Assembly: GCA_035304545.1 (NCBI GenBank)
Contig: DATGPV010000054.1
Coordinates: 196,606-260,605, forward strand
Direction of reading: 5' to 3'
Source: Limnochordales bacterium
Lineage (GTDB): Bacteria > Bacillota > Limnochordia > Limnochordales > ZCTH02-B6
DNA: 64,000 bases
The notes beneath the pieces are model-generated. The model saw only the letters and a list, made by a program, of their open reading frames with translations. It was not told where the DNA came from and did not search any database. The number at the start of each line of letters is the position of its first letter. Position 1 is the stretch's first letter. The position numbers were made by a program, and so were the translations under genes. Below are positions 1 to 8,868 of the stretch, piece by piece.

Positions 1-157
1 GCGCAAAGAGCCCGGCTTCCGCGAAGATCTCCACCAGCTCCTCGGGAAACCGCTCTTCCGCGTCCCAGCGGGCCGCGTGGGGCGCGATCCTGGTTTTCGC
101 CAGCTCCCGCACCATGGCCACGATCTGCCGCTGTTCCTCGCTGAGCAGGAAATCCAC
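1..157 (-). CDS. acyl-CoA dehydrogenase, N-terminal fragment (gene runs off the window start)
   Basis: This is not in the ORF track because it is truncated by the window edge. The reverse strand reads GGGGGGAGtcaag-GTG(157) and then DFLLSEEQRQIVAMVRELAKTRIAPHAARWDAEERFPEELVEIFAEAGLFA, a typical acyl-CoA dehydrogenase N-terminus. It lies directly downstream of the etfBA and Fe-S oxidoreductase genes. Confidence 0.7.
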   Translation of the reverse strand, partial: MDFLLSEEQRQIVAMVRELAKTRIAPHAARWDAEERFPEELVEIFAEAGLFA

Positions 158-273
158 CTTGACTCCCCCCCTCGGCTGTCACTGGCCCGGCCGGCGGCCG
201 CCCATCGTCGCCGGCCGCCGGCCATCCCCTCCGCCGGGCGCGGCCCGGGCCGGTCCCGCTGGGCGTTGTGCCC

Positions 274-2343
274 TCAGCCGGCGGCGGTCCCCCGGCCGGC
301 GGTCCCGTCGCCCTGGGCCGCCCCGGTCTCCAAAGCCGCCGCGACCAGCTCGGCCAGGTCCCGGGTCGCGACGGGCCCGCTGGCCCCCTGCTCCGTCGCG
401 ACCGTGGCCAGCCCGTCCTCCAGCATCAGCATGCAGAAGGGACACGCCGTACAAACCGTTTGAGCGCCGGTGGCAGCCGCCTCCCGGGCCCGCTCCACGT
501 TGATCCGCTGCCCGGGCGCGTCGTCCATCCAATAGCGTCCGCCGCCAGCCCCGCAGCAAAAGCCCCGCTGGCGCGATCGGGCCATCTCCACCCGCTGGGC
601 CCCCAGCGCGTCCACCACCGCGCGGGGCGCGTCGTACTCCTTGTTATAGCGGCCCAGGTAGCACGGATCATGGTACGTGATCTTGTCAAAGGCCCCCGGT
701 GCCAGGGGCAGGCGGCCCTGGTCGATGAGCTCCTTGATCAGCTGGCTGTGGTGAATCACCTCATACTGGCCGCCAAAGTCCGGGTACTCGTGCTTCAGGG
801 TGTTGAAGCAGTGGGGGCAGGTGGTGACGATGCGCCGGACGCCGTAGCCGTTGAGGATTTCCACGTTCTGGCGGGCCTGCATCTCGTACAAGTACTCGTT
901 GCCGATGCGGCGGGCCGGGTCGCCGGTACACGTTTCCTCCTCGCCCAAGACCGCAAAGTCCAAGCCCGCGGTGTGCATGATCATGGCCATGGCCCGGGCG
1001 ATGTTTTGCGCCCGCTCGTTAAAGGCCACCGCGCAGCCGACCCAGAACAAGTACTCGGCCTGGCCCGCCTCGGCCAGCTCCCGCACGTAAGGCAAGTCCG
1101 CGTACCAGTCCCGCCGGGACGCCTGCGCCCCGCGAAAAGGATGACCCCGGTCCTCGATGCCCTGGATGGCGGCCGCGGCCGTCTCGGGCAGCTCCGACTC
1201 CTCCATCACCTGATAGCGGCGCAGGTCCACGATCTTGGCCACGTGCTCTATCTCCACCGGGCACGCCGCCACGCACGCGTTGCAGGTCGTGCACGACCAG
1301 ATGGTTTCCGGATCGATGGAGGTGCCGACGATGGGCTGGGGCTCCTGCTCCCGCCGTTCCCAAGGCACCCCGCCCACTTCCTGGGTCAGCTGCTGCTGCA
1401 TGTCCAGGATGAGCCTCTTAGGGTTCAAGGGCTTGCCCACCGCGAAGGCCGGGCACACCGCCTGGCAGCGGCCGCACTCGGTGCACGCGTCCAGGTCCAG
1501 GAGGTCTTTCCAGTCGAAGTCCCGCAGCGTCTTGACGCCCAGCACGTGGGCGCTTTCCATGTCGATGGGCTCCAGTCGCCCTGCCGGTTTCAGGTTGCGG
1601 GTGTAGATGGCCGCGGGCGAGGTGAACATGTGCATCATCTTGCTAAAGGGGATGTAGCCGATGAACACGTAGGACACGATCAGGTGGAACCACCAGAGAA
1701 ACCGGTGCACCGCGAGCTGGGTCCCGTACTCGCGGATCCCCAGCGCGACCAGCCCCCGCCCCACGGCCAAGCCCACTGGGCTCCAATTGGCCCACGGGTC
1801 ATTGGTGGCCACCAGGCGCAGCCCCTCCACCATGAAACCGGTCGCCATAATGACAAACAAGGAAACCAGGAAAAAGCCGTCCTGCCACAGGCCGTGGGTC
1901 AGGCGGGGCAGGCGCGCCACGTAGCGCCGGTACAGCGCGATGAGCAGGCCGACGATGGCCCCCAGGCCAAAGATGTCCAAGATGAGGGACTGGAAGATCA
2001 AGTAAAACCATCCCCGCATGATGGGGATGCGCAGGTCGGCTTGAAGGAAGACCACCGTGGTGCCGATGAAGAGGACGACGAAGCCCCAAGACAGGAGAAC
2101 GTGAAAGAGCCCGGCGCCGGGGTCGCCCTGCCGCAGCTGCTCCTGGGCCACCGCGTCGGCGAAAAACCCCCGCAGCCGCTCCCGCCAGTTGTCCGTCCGC
2201 TCGATGGGCTTGCCCGTGCGCCAGCGGCGCACGTGATTCCACACGCCGAAGGCAAAGGCCGCGGCCATGGGCAAGAGGAGCAGGTAGGTTCCCCAAATGA
2301 ACTTGATGTTCCAAAAAATTTCCCGAGTGGGCGTCTCCGGCAT
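274..2343 (-). CDS. membrane-anchored Fe-S oxidoreductase, FadF/YwjF-like (HdrD/GlpC-type CCG domains); candidate acceptor for EtfAB
   Basis: I trimmed ORF 274..2451 to the ATG at 2343, which has GGGGGGAGAG 9 nt upstream. The N-terminus has multiple hydrophobic helices ([34 protein letters not shown] and others). Two ferredoxin motifs follow ([24 protein letters not shown]), then Cys-rich C-terminal repeats ([23 protein letters not shown]). Confidence 0.8.
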   Translation of the reverse strand: MPETPTREIFWNIKFIWGTYLLLLPMAAAFAFGVWNHVRRWRTGKPIERTDNWRERLRGFFADAVAQEQLRQGDPGAGLFHVLLSWGFVVLFIGTTVVFLQADLRIPIMRGWFYLIFQSLILDIFGLGAIVGLLIALYRRYVARLPRLTHGLWQDGFFLVSLFVIMATGFMVEGLRLVATNDPWANWSPVGLAVGRGLVALGIREYGTQLAVHRFLWWFHLIVSYVFIGYIPFSKMMHMFTSPAAIYTRNLKPAGRLEPIDMESAHVLGVKTLRDFDWKDLLDLDACTECGRCQAVCPAFAVGKPLNPKRLILDMQQQLTQEVGGVPWERREQEPQPIVGTSIDPETIWSCTTCNACVAACPVEIEHVAKIVDLRRYQVMEESELPETAAAAIQGIEDRGHPFRGAQASRRDWYADLPYVRELAEAGQAEYLFWVGCAVAFNERAQNIARAMAMIMHTAGLDFAVLGEEETCTGDPARRIGNEYLYEMQARQNVEILNGYGVRRIVTTCPHCFNTLKHEYPDFGGQYEVIHHSQLIKELIDQGRLPLAPGAFDKITYHDPCYLGRYNKEYDAPRAVVDALGAQRVEMARSRQRGFCCGAGGGRYWMDDAPGQRINVERAREAAATGAQTVCTACPFCMLMLEDGLATVATEQGASGPVATRDLAELVAAALETGAAQGDGTAGRGTAAG

Positions 2344-2496
2344 GGTGTGCAACTCTCCCCCCGGCGTTCGGGCCCGTCTAAGTTTCGGGACAGCGCCCGG
2401 GCGGGCCGGCGGGGGCCAGCCCCGCGCCGCCCGCCTTGAGGCAGCGGCCAAAGGCGGGCACCTACCGCGTTGGCCCGCCCAGGGCTGCCCCGCGCC

Positions 2497-3474
2497 TTAC
2501 GCGCTGCCCTTGATGCGGCGCAGCTCCTCTAAGAAGGCCGGCAAGATCTCCTTGTAGTCCCCCACGGCGCCCACGTGGGCCACCCGGAAGATGGGCGCCT
2601 CGGGATCCTTGTTGATGGCCACGATGGTGCGGGAACCCGACATGCCCGCGACGTGCTGGCTGGCACCCGAGATGCCCACCGCGATGTAAAGGTCCGGGGC
2701 CACGGACTTGCCCGTCTGGCCCACCTGGTGGGCCGGCGAGATCCAGCCCGCGTCCACCGCAGCCAAGGACGCGCCCACCGCGCCGCCCAAAAGGCGGGCG
2801 ATCTCCTCCAGTTCCTTGAAGGGCTCGGGTCCGCCCAGGCCGCGGCCGCCAGCCACCACCACCGGCGCGTCCTCCAGCCGCACTTGGCCCGCGCTCTCTT
2901 CCGCCTTATGGGCCACCACCTTCACCCGGCCTGACGTGGGGCTCACCGTCAAGGGCTCCACCGTGCCGGTGCGGCCCGGGTCCGCGGCCAGCGCCTCCAT
3001 GGTCCGGTTCCGCACCAGGGCCACCTGCACGCCGGTGGTGGCCGCAAGGCGCGCCATGGCCTTGCCGCCGTATACCGGCTTGGTCATGACAAAGCGGCTG
3101 CCGTCCCAGTCGACGGCGACGCAATCGGTGACCAGCCCCGCCTGCAGCCGGTGGGCCAGCCGGGGCGCGATCTCCCAGCCCAGCCGGTCGCCGGGCAGCA
3201 GCACCAGGCCATCGCCCACCTGCCGGCACACCGCTTCCGCCGCGTCCACGTAGGCGTCGGCGTCGGCCTGGGCCAGGGCGTCATGCTCCACCGTCAACAC
3301 CCGGTCGGCGCCGTAGGTGATCATGGCCGGCGCGCCCTGGGCCGCCGGACCCAGCGCGCCCGCCACCACGGCGCGCCCGCTGGCATCCGCCAGCCGCCGG
3401 GCGCCGCCCAGCACTTCCTTGACCGCCGCCGCGGGTTCCGCTCCACCGCCCCAAGCCAGTACCACGATGCTCAT
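2497..3474 (-). CDS. etfA: electron transfer flavoprotein alpha subunit
   Basis: The 325-aa ORF has an FAD-binding C-terminal region ([36 protein letters not shown]). Its ATG lies 1 nt after the etfB stop. Confidence 0.9.
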   Translation of the reverse strand: MSIVVLAWGGGAEPAAAVKEVLGGARRLADASGRAVVAGALGPAAQGAPAMITYGADRVLTVEHDALAQADADAYVDAAEAVCRQVGDGLVLLPGDRLGWEIAPRLAHRLQAGLVTDCVAVDWDGSRFVMTKPVYGGKAMARLAATTGVQVALVRNRTMEALAADPGRTGTVEPLTVSPTSGRVKVVAHKAEESAGQVRLEDAPVVVAGGRGLGGPEPFKELEEIARLLGGAVGASLAAVDAGWISPAHQVGQTGKSVAPDLYIAVGISGASQHVAGMSGSRTIVAINKDPEAPIFRVAHVGAVGDYKEILPAFLEELRRIKGSA

Positions 3475-3475
3475 C

Positions 3476-4276
3476 TCAGATCACCTTCCGCTCCACAAGC
3501 TTGCGGGCCAGGTTGACGCCCTTCTCCGCGCCGGAGTCCCCTTCGACGAACTCGCACTCGGACTTAACTTCCGGGATGAACAGCTCCAGCACTTCCAACC
3601 GGTTGGCGGCGTCACCGGCTTCGGCCTCGCCCAATCCCAGATCGGCCGCGGTGTAGGTGGTGATGGGCTTGCGATTGGCCATCATGATGTCCTTGACCTT
3701 GGGCAGGCGCGGCACGTTGTCGTTGGCGTTGGTGATGCTGGCTACGCACGGCCGGGGCGCCTCCACTACCGCCAGGCCCCCTTCGGCCTCCCGTTCCAGC
3801 CGCAGCACCTGGCCGTCCACCTCCAGGCGGGGCACAAAGGGCACAAAGGGCATGCCCAGCTCCTCGGCCAGCAGGGCGCCCACCTGGCCAAAGTCCCATT
3901 CGCCCGACTGGCGGCCGCACAGCACCAAGTCGACGCTGTCCAGCCGGCGGATGGCCGCGGCCAGGACCCGGGCCGTCACCGACGGCTCCTTGGCCGCCAC
4001 CTGCCCGTCGTCGATGAGCACCGCCGCGTCGGCCCCCATGGCCAGGGCCCGGCGCAGGGCCTCCTTGGCCTTTTCGGATCCCAGCGTCAGCACGGTCACC
4101 CGGCCCCCATACCGCTCCTTGAGCTGCACGGCCACTTCCAAGGCGTTGAGGTCAAAGGGGCCGATGACCAGCGATCCGCTCCCCGGCACCGCCTCCTTGC
4201 GCACCGGGTCGATCTTGAACGCCCGGGGGGAAATCTCGGGGTCCAAGATCTGCTTCACACAGACTGCGATGTGCAT
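3476..4276 (-). CDS. etfB: electron transfer flavoprotein beta subunit
   Basis: I trimmed ORF 3476..4393 to the ATG at 4276, preceded by GGAAGGAGGA. The N-terminus MHIAVCVKQILDPEISPRAFKIDP is typical of EtfB. Confidence 0.9.
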   Translation of the reverse strand: MHIAVCVKQILDPEISPRAFKIDPVRKEAVPGSGSLVIGPFDLNALEVAVQLKERYGGRVTVLTLGSEKAKEALRRALAMGADAAVLIDDGQVAAKEPSVTARVLAAAIRRLDSVDLVLCGRQSGEWDFGQVGALLAEELGMPFVPFVPRLEVDGQVLRLEREAEGGLAVVEAPRPCVASITNANDNVPRLPKVKDIMMANRKPITTYTAADLGLGEAEAGDAANRLEVLELFIPEVKSECEFVEGDSGAEKGVNLARKLVERKVI

Positions 4277-4389
4277 CCTCTCGTCCTCCTTCCCGCCGGG
4301 GCGCTCCCGCCTCCAGCTGTCCTCGGCGTGCCGCGTGGGTGGTGGGGCCGGCGCCGCCGCCCTGTCGGGGCGGCAGCGGCGCCCATGTC

Positions 4390-4968
4390 TCATTTCGACA
4401 ACCCATTCAATAATACTTCGAGAAAGAGCTCAGTTATCTCCTGCGGCGACATGCGGCCCGTGGCGGCGTACCACTGGGACAGCCAGTTGCACGCCCCCAG
4501 GATGAGCAGCGCGGCCACCGCGGGGTCTACGGCCTTGAACTCTCCGGCCTCCACCCCCTGGCGGATGAGGTCGGTCAAGCGCACCCGGTAGGCCCGGTTG
4601 GCGGCCCGCACCGCCTGGCGCAGGTGTTCGGGCAGCGATTCCACTTCCCTGAGATACAGGGCAAACAAGTCGGCATGCTGGATGATGGCGGCCAGGTGGC
4701 TGGCGATGGCCTGCCGGAGCCGCTCCCGCGCGCTCCCGGAGCCTTGGGCGATCTCCTCGAGGCGGCGCACGTGGGCGTCGATGGTGTATTGGTACGCGGG
4801 GACGAGGAGGTCTTCCTTCGACCTGATGTAGTGGTACAGGCTGGCTTTCCGGAGACCCAAGGCGTCCGCGATGTCCTGCATGGACGTGGTGCGGTAGCCC
4901 TTCTCCCGGAACAGGCGCAAGGCGGTTTCCAGCAGCTCTTCGTAGCGGCCTTGGCCGCGCCCGGCCAT
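4390..4968 (-). CDS. TetR/AcrR-family transcriptional regulator (likely fatty-acid degradation repressor)
   Basis: The HTH region is YEELLETALRLFREKGYRTTSMQDIADALGLRKASLYHYIRSKEDLL. I trimmed the start to the ATG at 4968 (GGGGAGG 9 nt upstream). It is the first gene of the etfBA operon and diverges from the acyl-CoA synthetase genes, as the FadR(YsiA)-type repressor does in Bacillus. Confidence 0.85.
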   Translation of the reverse strand: MAGRGQGRYEELLETALRLFREKGYRTTSMQDIADALGLRKASLYHYIRSKEDLLVPAYQYTIDAHVRRLEEIAQGSGSARERLRQAIASHLAAIIQHADLFALYLREVESLPEHLRQAVRAANRAYRVRLTDLIRQGVEAGEFKAVDPAVAALLILGACNWLSQWYAATGRMSPQEITELFLEVLLNGLSK

Positions 4969-5001
4969 GGGGTCAGGCCTCCCCAGCATCGCGGCGGTCG
5001 G

Positions 5002-5023
5002 ATCTACCGACCGATTGGTAGAT
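5002..5023. promoter_or_regulatory. inverted repeat ATCTACC-N8-GGTAGAT, candidate TetR operator
   Basis: Two perfect 7-bp arms are separated by gaccgatt. The repeat lies between the predicted -10 of the minus-strand promoter and the TetR start. The function is inferred, not shown. Confidence 0.4.
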
Positions 5024-5031
5024 GTGCGTTC

Positions 5032-5060
5032 AGTTTATGAGAACTCGAGAGGATTGTCAA
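5032..5060 (-). promoter_or_regulatory. sigma-A-type promoter for the TetR-etfBA operon
   Basis: The reverse strand reads TTGACA (5060-5055), a 17-nt spacer, then TAAACT (5037-5032). This sits in the only AT-richer patch of the divergent intergenic region. Confidence 0.5.
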
Positions 5061-5115
5061 TCGCCGCCAAGAATTATAGCTCACAACCGTGACGCGCCCG
5101 GGAAGGGGTGGAGCC

Positions 5116-7038
5116 ATGACCGCGCCCCGCTGGGAGACCACCGGACCGCGTCTCCTGTTCGAAGAAGCGGCCCGCCGGGCGTCCCGCGTCGCCATGCGCC
5201 ACAAAGTCCTGGGCCTGTGGCAGCCCATCACGTGGGCCGAGTACGCCCGCCGGGTGCGCCTGGTGGCCAACGGGCTGCTGGCCCTGGGCCTCAACCGCGG
5301 CGACCGGGTGGGCCTCATCGGCGAAAACCGGCCCGAGTGGCTGTTCGCGGATTTGGGCATCCAAGCCGCCGGGGGCGTCACCGCCGCCATTTACGCCACC
5401 AACAGCCCGGAGCAGTGCGCCTACGTCCTGTCCCACTCCGAATCCCGCTTTTGGTTTGTGGAGAACGAAGAACAGCTGGACAAGTACCTGGAAATCCGGG
5501 CTCAGCTGCCCGGCCTGGAGCGGGTCATCGTCATCGACACCGAGGGCCTGCGGGGCTTCAAAGACGAGCAAGTCATCAGCCTGGCGGAGCTGGAGGAGAT
5601 GGGCGCGGCCTACGCCGCCCGGCACCCCGGTGCGCTGGACGCGCGGGTGCGGCAGGGCAAGCCCGACGACCTGGCGCTGCTCATCTACACCTCCGGCACC
5701 ACCGGTCCGCCCAAGGGCGCCATGCTCACCCACCGCAACTGCCTGTGGACAGCCGACGCCCTGGGCCGGGCCAATCCAATCCGGGACGACGAGGAAACCT
5801 TGTCCTTCCTGCCCCTCTCCCACATCGCCCAGCGCATGGTGTCGGTCTACTTGCCCCTGTACTGGGGCTTGACCGTCAATTTCTGCGAAAACACCGACAC
5901 CGTGTTGGAAAACATGCGGGAGGTCTCGCCCACCCTCATCTTCGCGGTGCCCCGCATCTGGGAAAAGCTCCACTCCGGTGTGGAGCTGGCCATCCAGGAC
6001 GCCGACTGGTTCAAGCGGGGCGCCTACCGGCTGGCCACCGCCATCGGCCGGCGCCACGCCCGGGCCCGCCTGTACGAGGGCCGGGCGTCGCCGGGACTCA
6101 GCGCCTTGTACTGGTTGGCCCGGGTCCTGGTGCTGCGCCCCCTCACCCGGCGCCTGGGCCTGGACCGGGCCCGGCTGGTGCTGTCGGGGGCGGCGCCCAT
6201 CAGCCCCGACGTGCTGCTGTATTTCCACAGCCTCGGGGTGCCCATCCGGGAAGTGTACGGGCAGACGGAAGGCTCTGGGCCCACCACCATCCACCAGGGG
6301 GACCGGATCAAGCTGGGCACCGTGGGGCGGCCCTTGCCCGGCGTCCAGGTGCGCATCGCCGACGACGGCGAGATCTTGGTCAAGGGCCCCAACGTCTTCC
6401 CCGGCTACTTCAAGGACGAGGCGGCCACCCGCGCCGCCCTGGTGGACGGCTGGCTGCACTCGGGCGACGTAGGCCAGCTGGACGAGGAAGGATTCCTGCG
6501 CATCACCGACCGCAAGAAGGACCTGTTCATCACCGCCGGCGGCAAGAACATCGCGCCCCAGTACATCGAGAACAAGCTCAAGTTCAGCCCCTACATCAAC
6601 GACGCGGTGGTGGTGGGCGACGGCCGGCGCTACATCACCGCGCTCATCGTCATCGACGAGGAAAACGTCAGCAAGTGGGCCCAGGACAACAAGATTCCCT
6701 ACACCACCTACACCGATTTGTCGCAAAACCCGGCCGTCTACGAGCTGATCCAGCGGGAAGTCGCCGCGGTCAACCGCACGTTGTCCAGCCCGGAGCAGGT
6801 CAAGAAGTTCGCCATTTTGCCCAAGCGCCTGTACCAGGAAGACGGCGAGGTCACGCCGACCCTGAAGGTCAAGCGGAAGGCGATTATGGAAAAGTTTGCC
6901 GACATCGTGGCCCAATTGTACGACGACGGGAGCCCCGCCGCCGGGACCGCGGAGCTAGCGGCCGCCGCGGCCTCGCCGGGCAGCGGCCACCAGGAGGCCC
7001 TGAGCCGAGGCGCTGCGGGCCGGCGGGCCGCCGGCTGA
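5116..7038 (+). CDS. long-chain acyl-CoA synthetase (AMP-forming)
   Basis: I trimmed ORF 5089..7038 to the ATG at 5116, which follows GGAAGGGG. The AMP-binding signature is LIYTSGTTGPPKGAMLTHRN, followed by GYFKDEAATRAAL..DGWLHSGDVG..DEEGFLRITDRKKDLFITAGGKNIAPQ. A roughly 40-aa Ala/Gly-rich C-terminal tail follows. Confidence 0.85.
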   Translation: MTAPRWETTGPRLLFEEAARRASRVAMRHKVLGLWQPITWAEYARRVRLVANGLLALGLNRGDRVGLIGENRPEWLFADLGIQAAGGVTAAIYATNSPEQCAYVLSHSESRFWFVENEEQLDKYLEIRAQLPGLERVIVIDTEGLRGFKDEQVISLAELEEMGAAYAARHPGALDARVRQGKPDDLALLIYTSGTTGPPKGAMLTHRNCLWTADALGRANPIRDDEETLSFLPLSHIAQRMVSVYLPLYWGLTVNFCENTDTVLENMREVSPTLIFAVPRIWEKLHSGVELAIQDADWFKRGAYRLATAIGRRHARARLYEGRASPGLSALYWLARVLVLRPLTRRLGLDRARLVLSGAAPISPDVLLYFHSLGVPIREVYGQTEGSGPTTIHQGDRIKLGTVGRPLPGVQVRIADDGEILVKGPNVFPGYFKDEAATRAALVDGWLHSGDVGQLDEEGFLRITDRKKDLFITAGGKNIAPQYIENKLKFSPYINDAVVVGDGRRYITALIVIDEENVSKWAQDNKIPYTTYTDLSQNPAVYELIQREVAAVNRTLSSPEQVKKFAILPKRLYQEDGEVTPTLKVKRKAIMEKFADIVAQLYDDGSPAAGTAELAAAAASPGSGHQEALSRGAAGRRAAG

Positions 7039-7076
7039 GCCCCGGGCAACGCCCGCGCCAACGAGGTGATGCCGTT

Positions 7077-8771
7077 ATGACCACCTTGGATCGCCCCTGG
7101 TTTCAGCATTACCCTCCGGGCGTGCCGCCTTCCCTGGAGTACCGCGAGGAATCCTTGGTCCAGCCTCTGATCCGGGCCGCCCGGGCCCACCCCGACCGGC
7201 CGACCACGCTGTTTTTTGGCAAGACCACCACCTACCGCGATTTGCTGGATCAAGTGCGGCGGGCCGCGGCGGGCCTCGCGGCCATGGGGGTCCAGAAGGG
7301 CCACCGGGTGGCCATCATGCTGCCCAACTGCCCCCAGTGCGTCATCGCGTATTACGCCGTGCTGTGGCTGGGCGCGGTGGTGGTCATGGTCAACCCGCTG
7401 TACACGCCCCGGGAACTGCGCACCCAGCTCGCGGACAGCGGCGCGCGCTGGCTCATCGGGCTGGACATCCTGTACCCCAAGGTGGCCCAGGTCCTGCCGG
7501 ACACGGCCCTGGAGCGCATCATCGTCACGGGGCTGCAGGAGTACCTGCCCTTCCCCCTCAACCTCCTCTTCCCCCTGCAGGCCAAGCGCCAGGGGCAATC
7601 CACCAAGGTCCCGGCTGCGCCCCACGTCACCCGGTGGCGAGAGCTCCTCGACCACGAGCCCGCCGGGGAGCCGGCGCCGGTGACAGCCAAGGAAGACCTG
7701 GCGGCCCTGCAGTACACCGGCGGCACCACGGGCACGCCCAAGGGGGCCATGCTCACCCACTTCAACCTGTATGCCAACTGCATGCAGATCGCGGCCTGGC
7801 TCAGCGAGTTCCGGGAAGACCCTTTCCGGGTGCTGGCGGCCTTGCCCTTCTTCCACGTCTACGGCCTGACCACGGTGCTCAACTACACCGTCTTCGGCGG
7901 TGGGACCATGATCCTGGTGCCTCGCTTCGACGCGGACCAGCTGCTCAAGCTGATCGAGAAGCACCGGCCCCACATCTTCCCCGGGGCACCCACCATGTAC
8001 GTAGCCCTTCTCAACCACCCCCGGGCCCGGCAAGTGGACATGGGCTCCATCGCGGCCTGCATCAGCGGCGCCGCGCCCCTGCCGGCGGAGGTGCAGACGG
8101 CCTTTGAAGAACTGACGGGCGGCCGGCTGGTGGAAGGCTACGGGCTCACCGAGGCCTCTCCCGTCACCCATGCCAACCCCGTCTGGGGCCGGCGCAAGGT
8201 GGGCAGCGTCGGCCTGCCGTGGCCCGACACCGACTGCCGCATCGTCGACCCCGAAACCGGCGCGGACGTGCCCGTAGGCCAAGACGGCGAGCTGCTCGTC
8301 AAAGGGCCCCAGGTGATGAAGGGCTACTGGAACCGCCCCGACGAGACGGCCGCCGCCCTGCGGGACGGCTGGCTGTGGACGGGCGACATCGCCCGCATGG
8401 ACGAAGAAGGATACTTCTACATCGTCGACCGCAAGAAGGACCTCATCATCGCCGGCGGGTTCAACATCTACCCGCGGGAAGTGGAGGAAGTCCTCTTCAT
8501 GCATCCCGCGGTAAAGGAAGCCGCGGTGGTGGGCGTGCCCGATCCCTACAGGGGCGAAACCGTTAAAGCCTTTGTCGTCCTCAAGGAGGGCCAGGAAGCG
8601 ACCGCGGCGGAGCTCATCGCCCACTGCCGGCAGCACCTGGCCCCGTACAAGGTGCCCCGGCTGCTGGAGTTCCGCTCCGATTTGCCCAAGTCGCTGGTGG
8701 GCAAAGTCCTGCGGCGGGTGCTGGTGGAAGAGGAAACCCGCCGGCAGCAACAACGTCAGGAGGCCGGCTAG
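7077..8771 (+). CDS. fadD: long-chain-fatty-acid--CoA ligase (FadD/LcfA type)
   Basis: This is the C-terminal 564 codons of the 1249-aa ORF 5022..8771. The true ATG is at 7077, after GAGGTGAT. The sequence reads MTTLDRPWFQHYPPGVP..., with LQYTGGTTGTPKGAMLTHFN, GYGLTEASP and GDIARMDEEGYFYIVDRKKDLIIAGGFNIYPREVEE. Confidence 0.9.
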   Translation: MTTLDRPWFQHYPPGVPPSLEYREESLVQPLIRAARAHPDRPTTLFFGKTTTYRDLLDQVRRAAAGLAAMGVQKGHRVAIMLPNCPQCVIAYYAVLWLGAVVVMVNPLYTPRELRTQLADSGARWLIGLDILYPKVAQVLPDTALERIIVTGLQEYLPFPLNLLFPLQAKRQGQSTKVPAAPHVTRWRELLDHEPAGEPAPVTAKEDLAALQYTGGTTGTPKGAMLTHFNLYANCMQIAAWLSEFREDPFRVLAALPFFHVYGLTTVLNYTVFGGGTMILVPRFDADQLLKLIEKHRPHIFPGAPTMYVALLNHPRARQVDMGSIAACISGAAPLPAEVQTAFEELTGGRLVEGYGLTEASPVTHANPVWGRRKVGSVGLPWPDTDCRIVDPETGADVPVGQDGELLVKGPQVMKGYWNRPDETAAALRDGWLWTGDIARMDEEGYFYIVDRKKDLIIAGGFNIYPREVEEVLFMHPAVKEAAVVGVPDPYRGETVKAFVVLKEGQEATAAELIAHCRQHLAPYKVPRLLEFRSDLPKSLVGKVLRRVLVEEETRRQQQRQEAG

Positions 8772-8868
8772 GCCGCTGCACCCTGGCCTGCCGCCTTGAG
8801 AATCCCTTCCGATGCCGTGGGCCGAGGAGTCGGTTCAGGCGCGTTGTCATTCTGAAGGAGGAAACGCC

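Noticed and set aside
5022-7076. The N-terminal 685 codons of the 1249-aa plus-strand ORF 5022..8771 would make a giant fused acyl-CoA synthetase.
   Set aside because: This part overlaps the real synthetase (5116-7038) in another frame and translates to Arg/Pro/Gly-rich nonsense. The FadD homology begins at the ATG at 7077, which has its own GAGGTGAT RBS.
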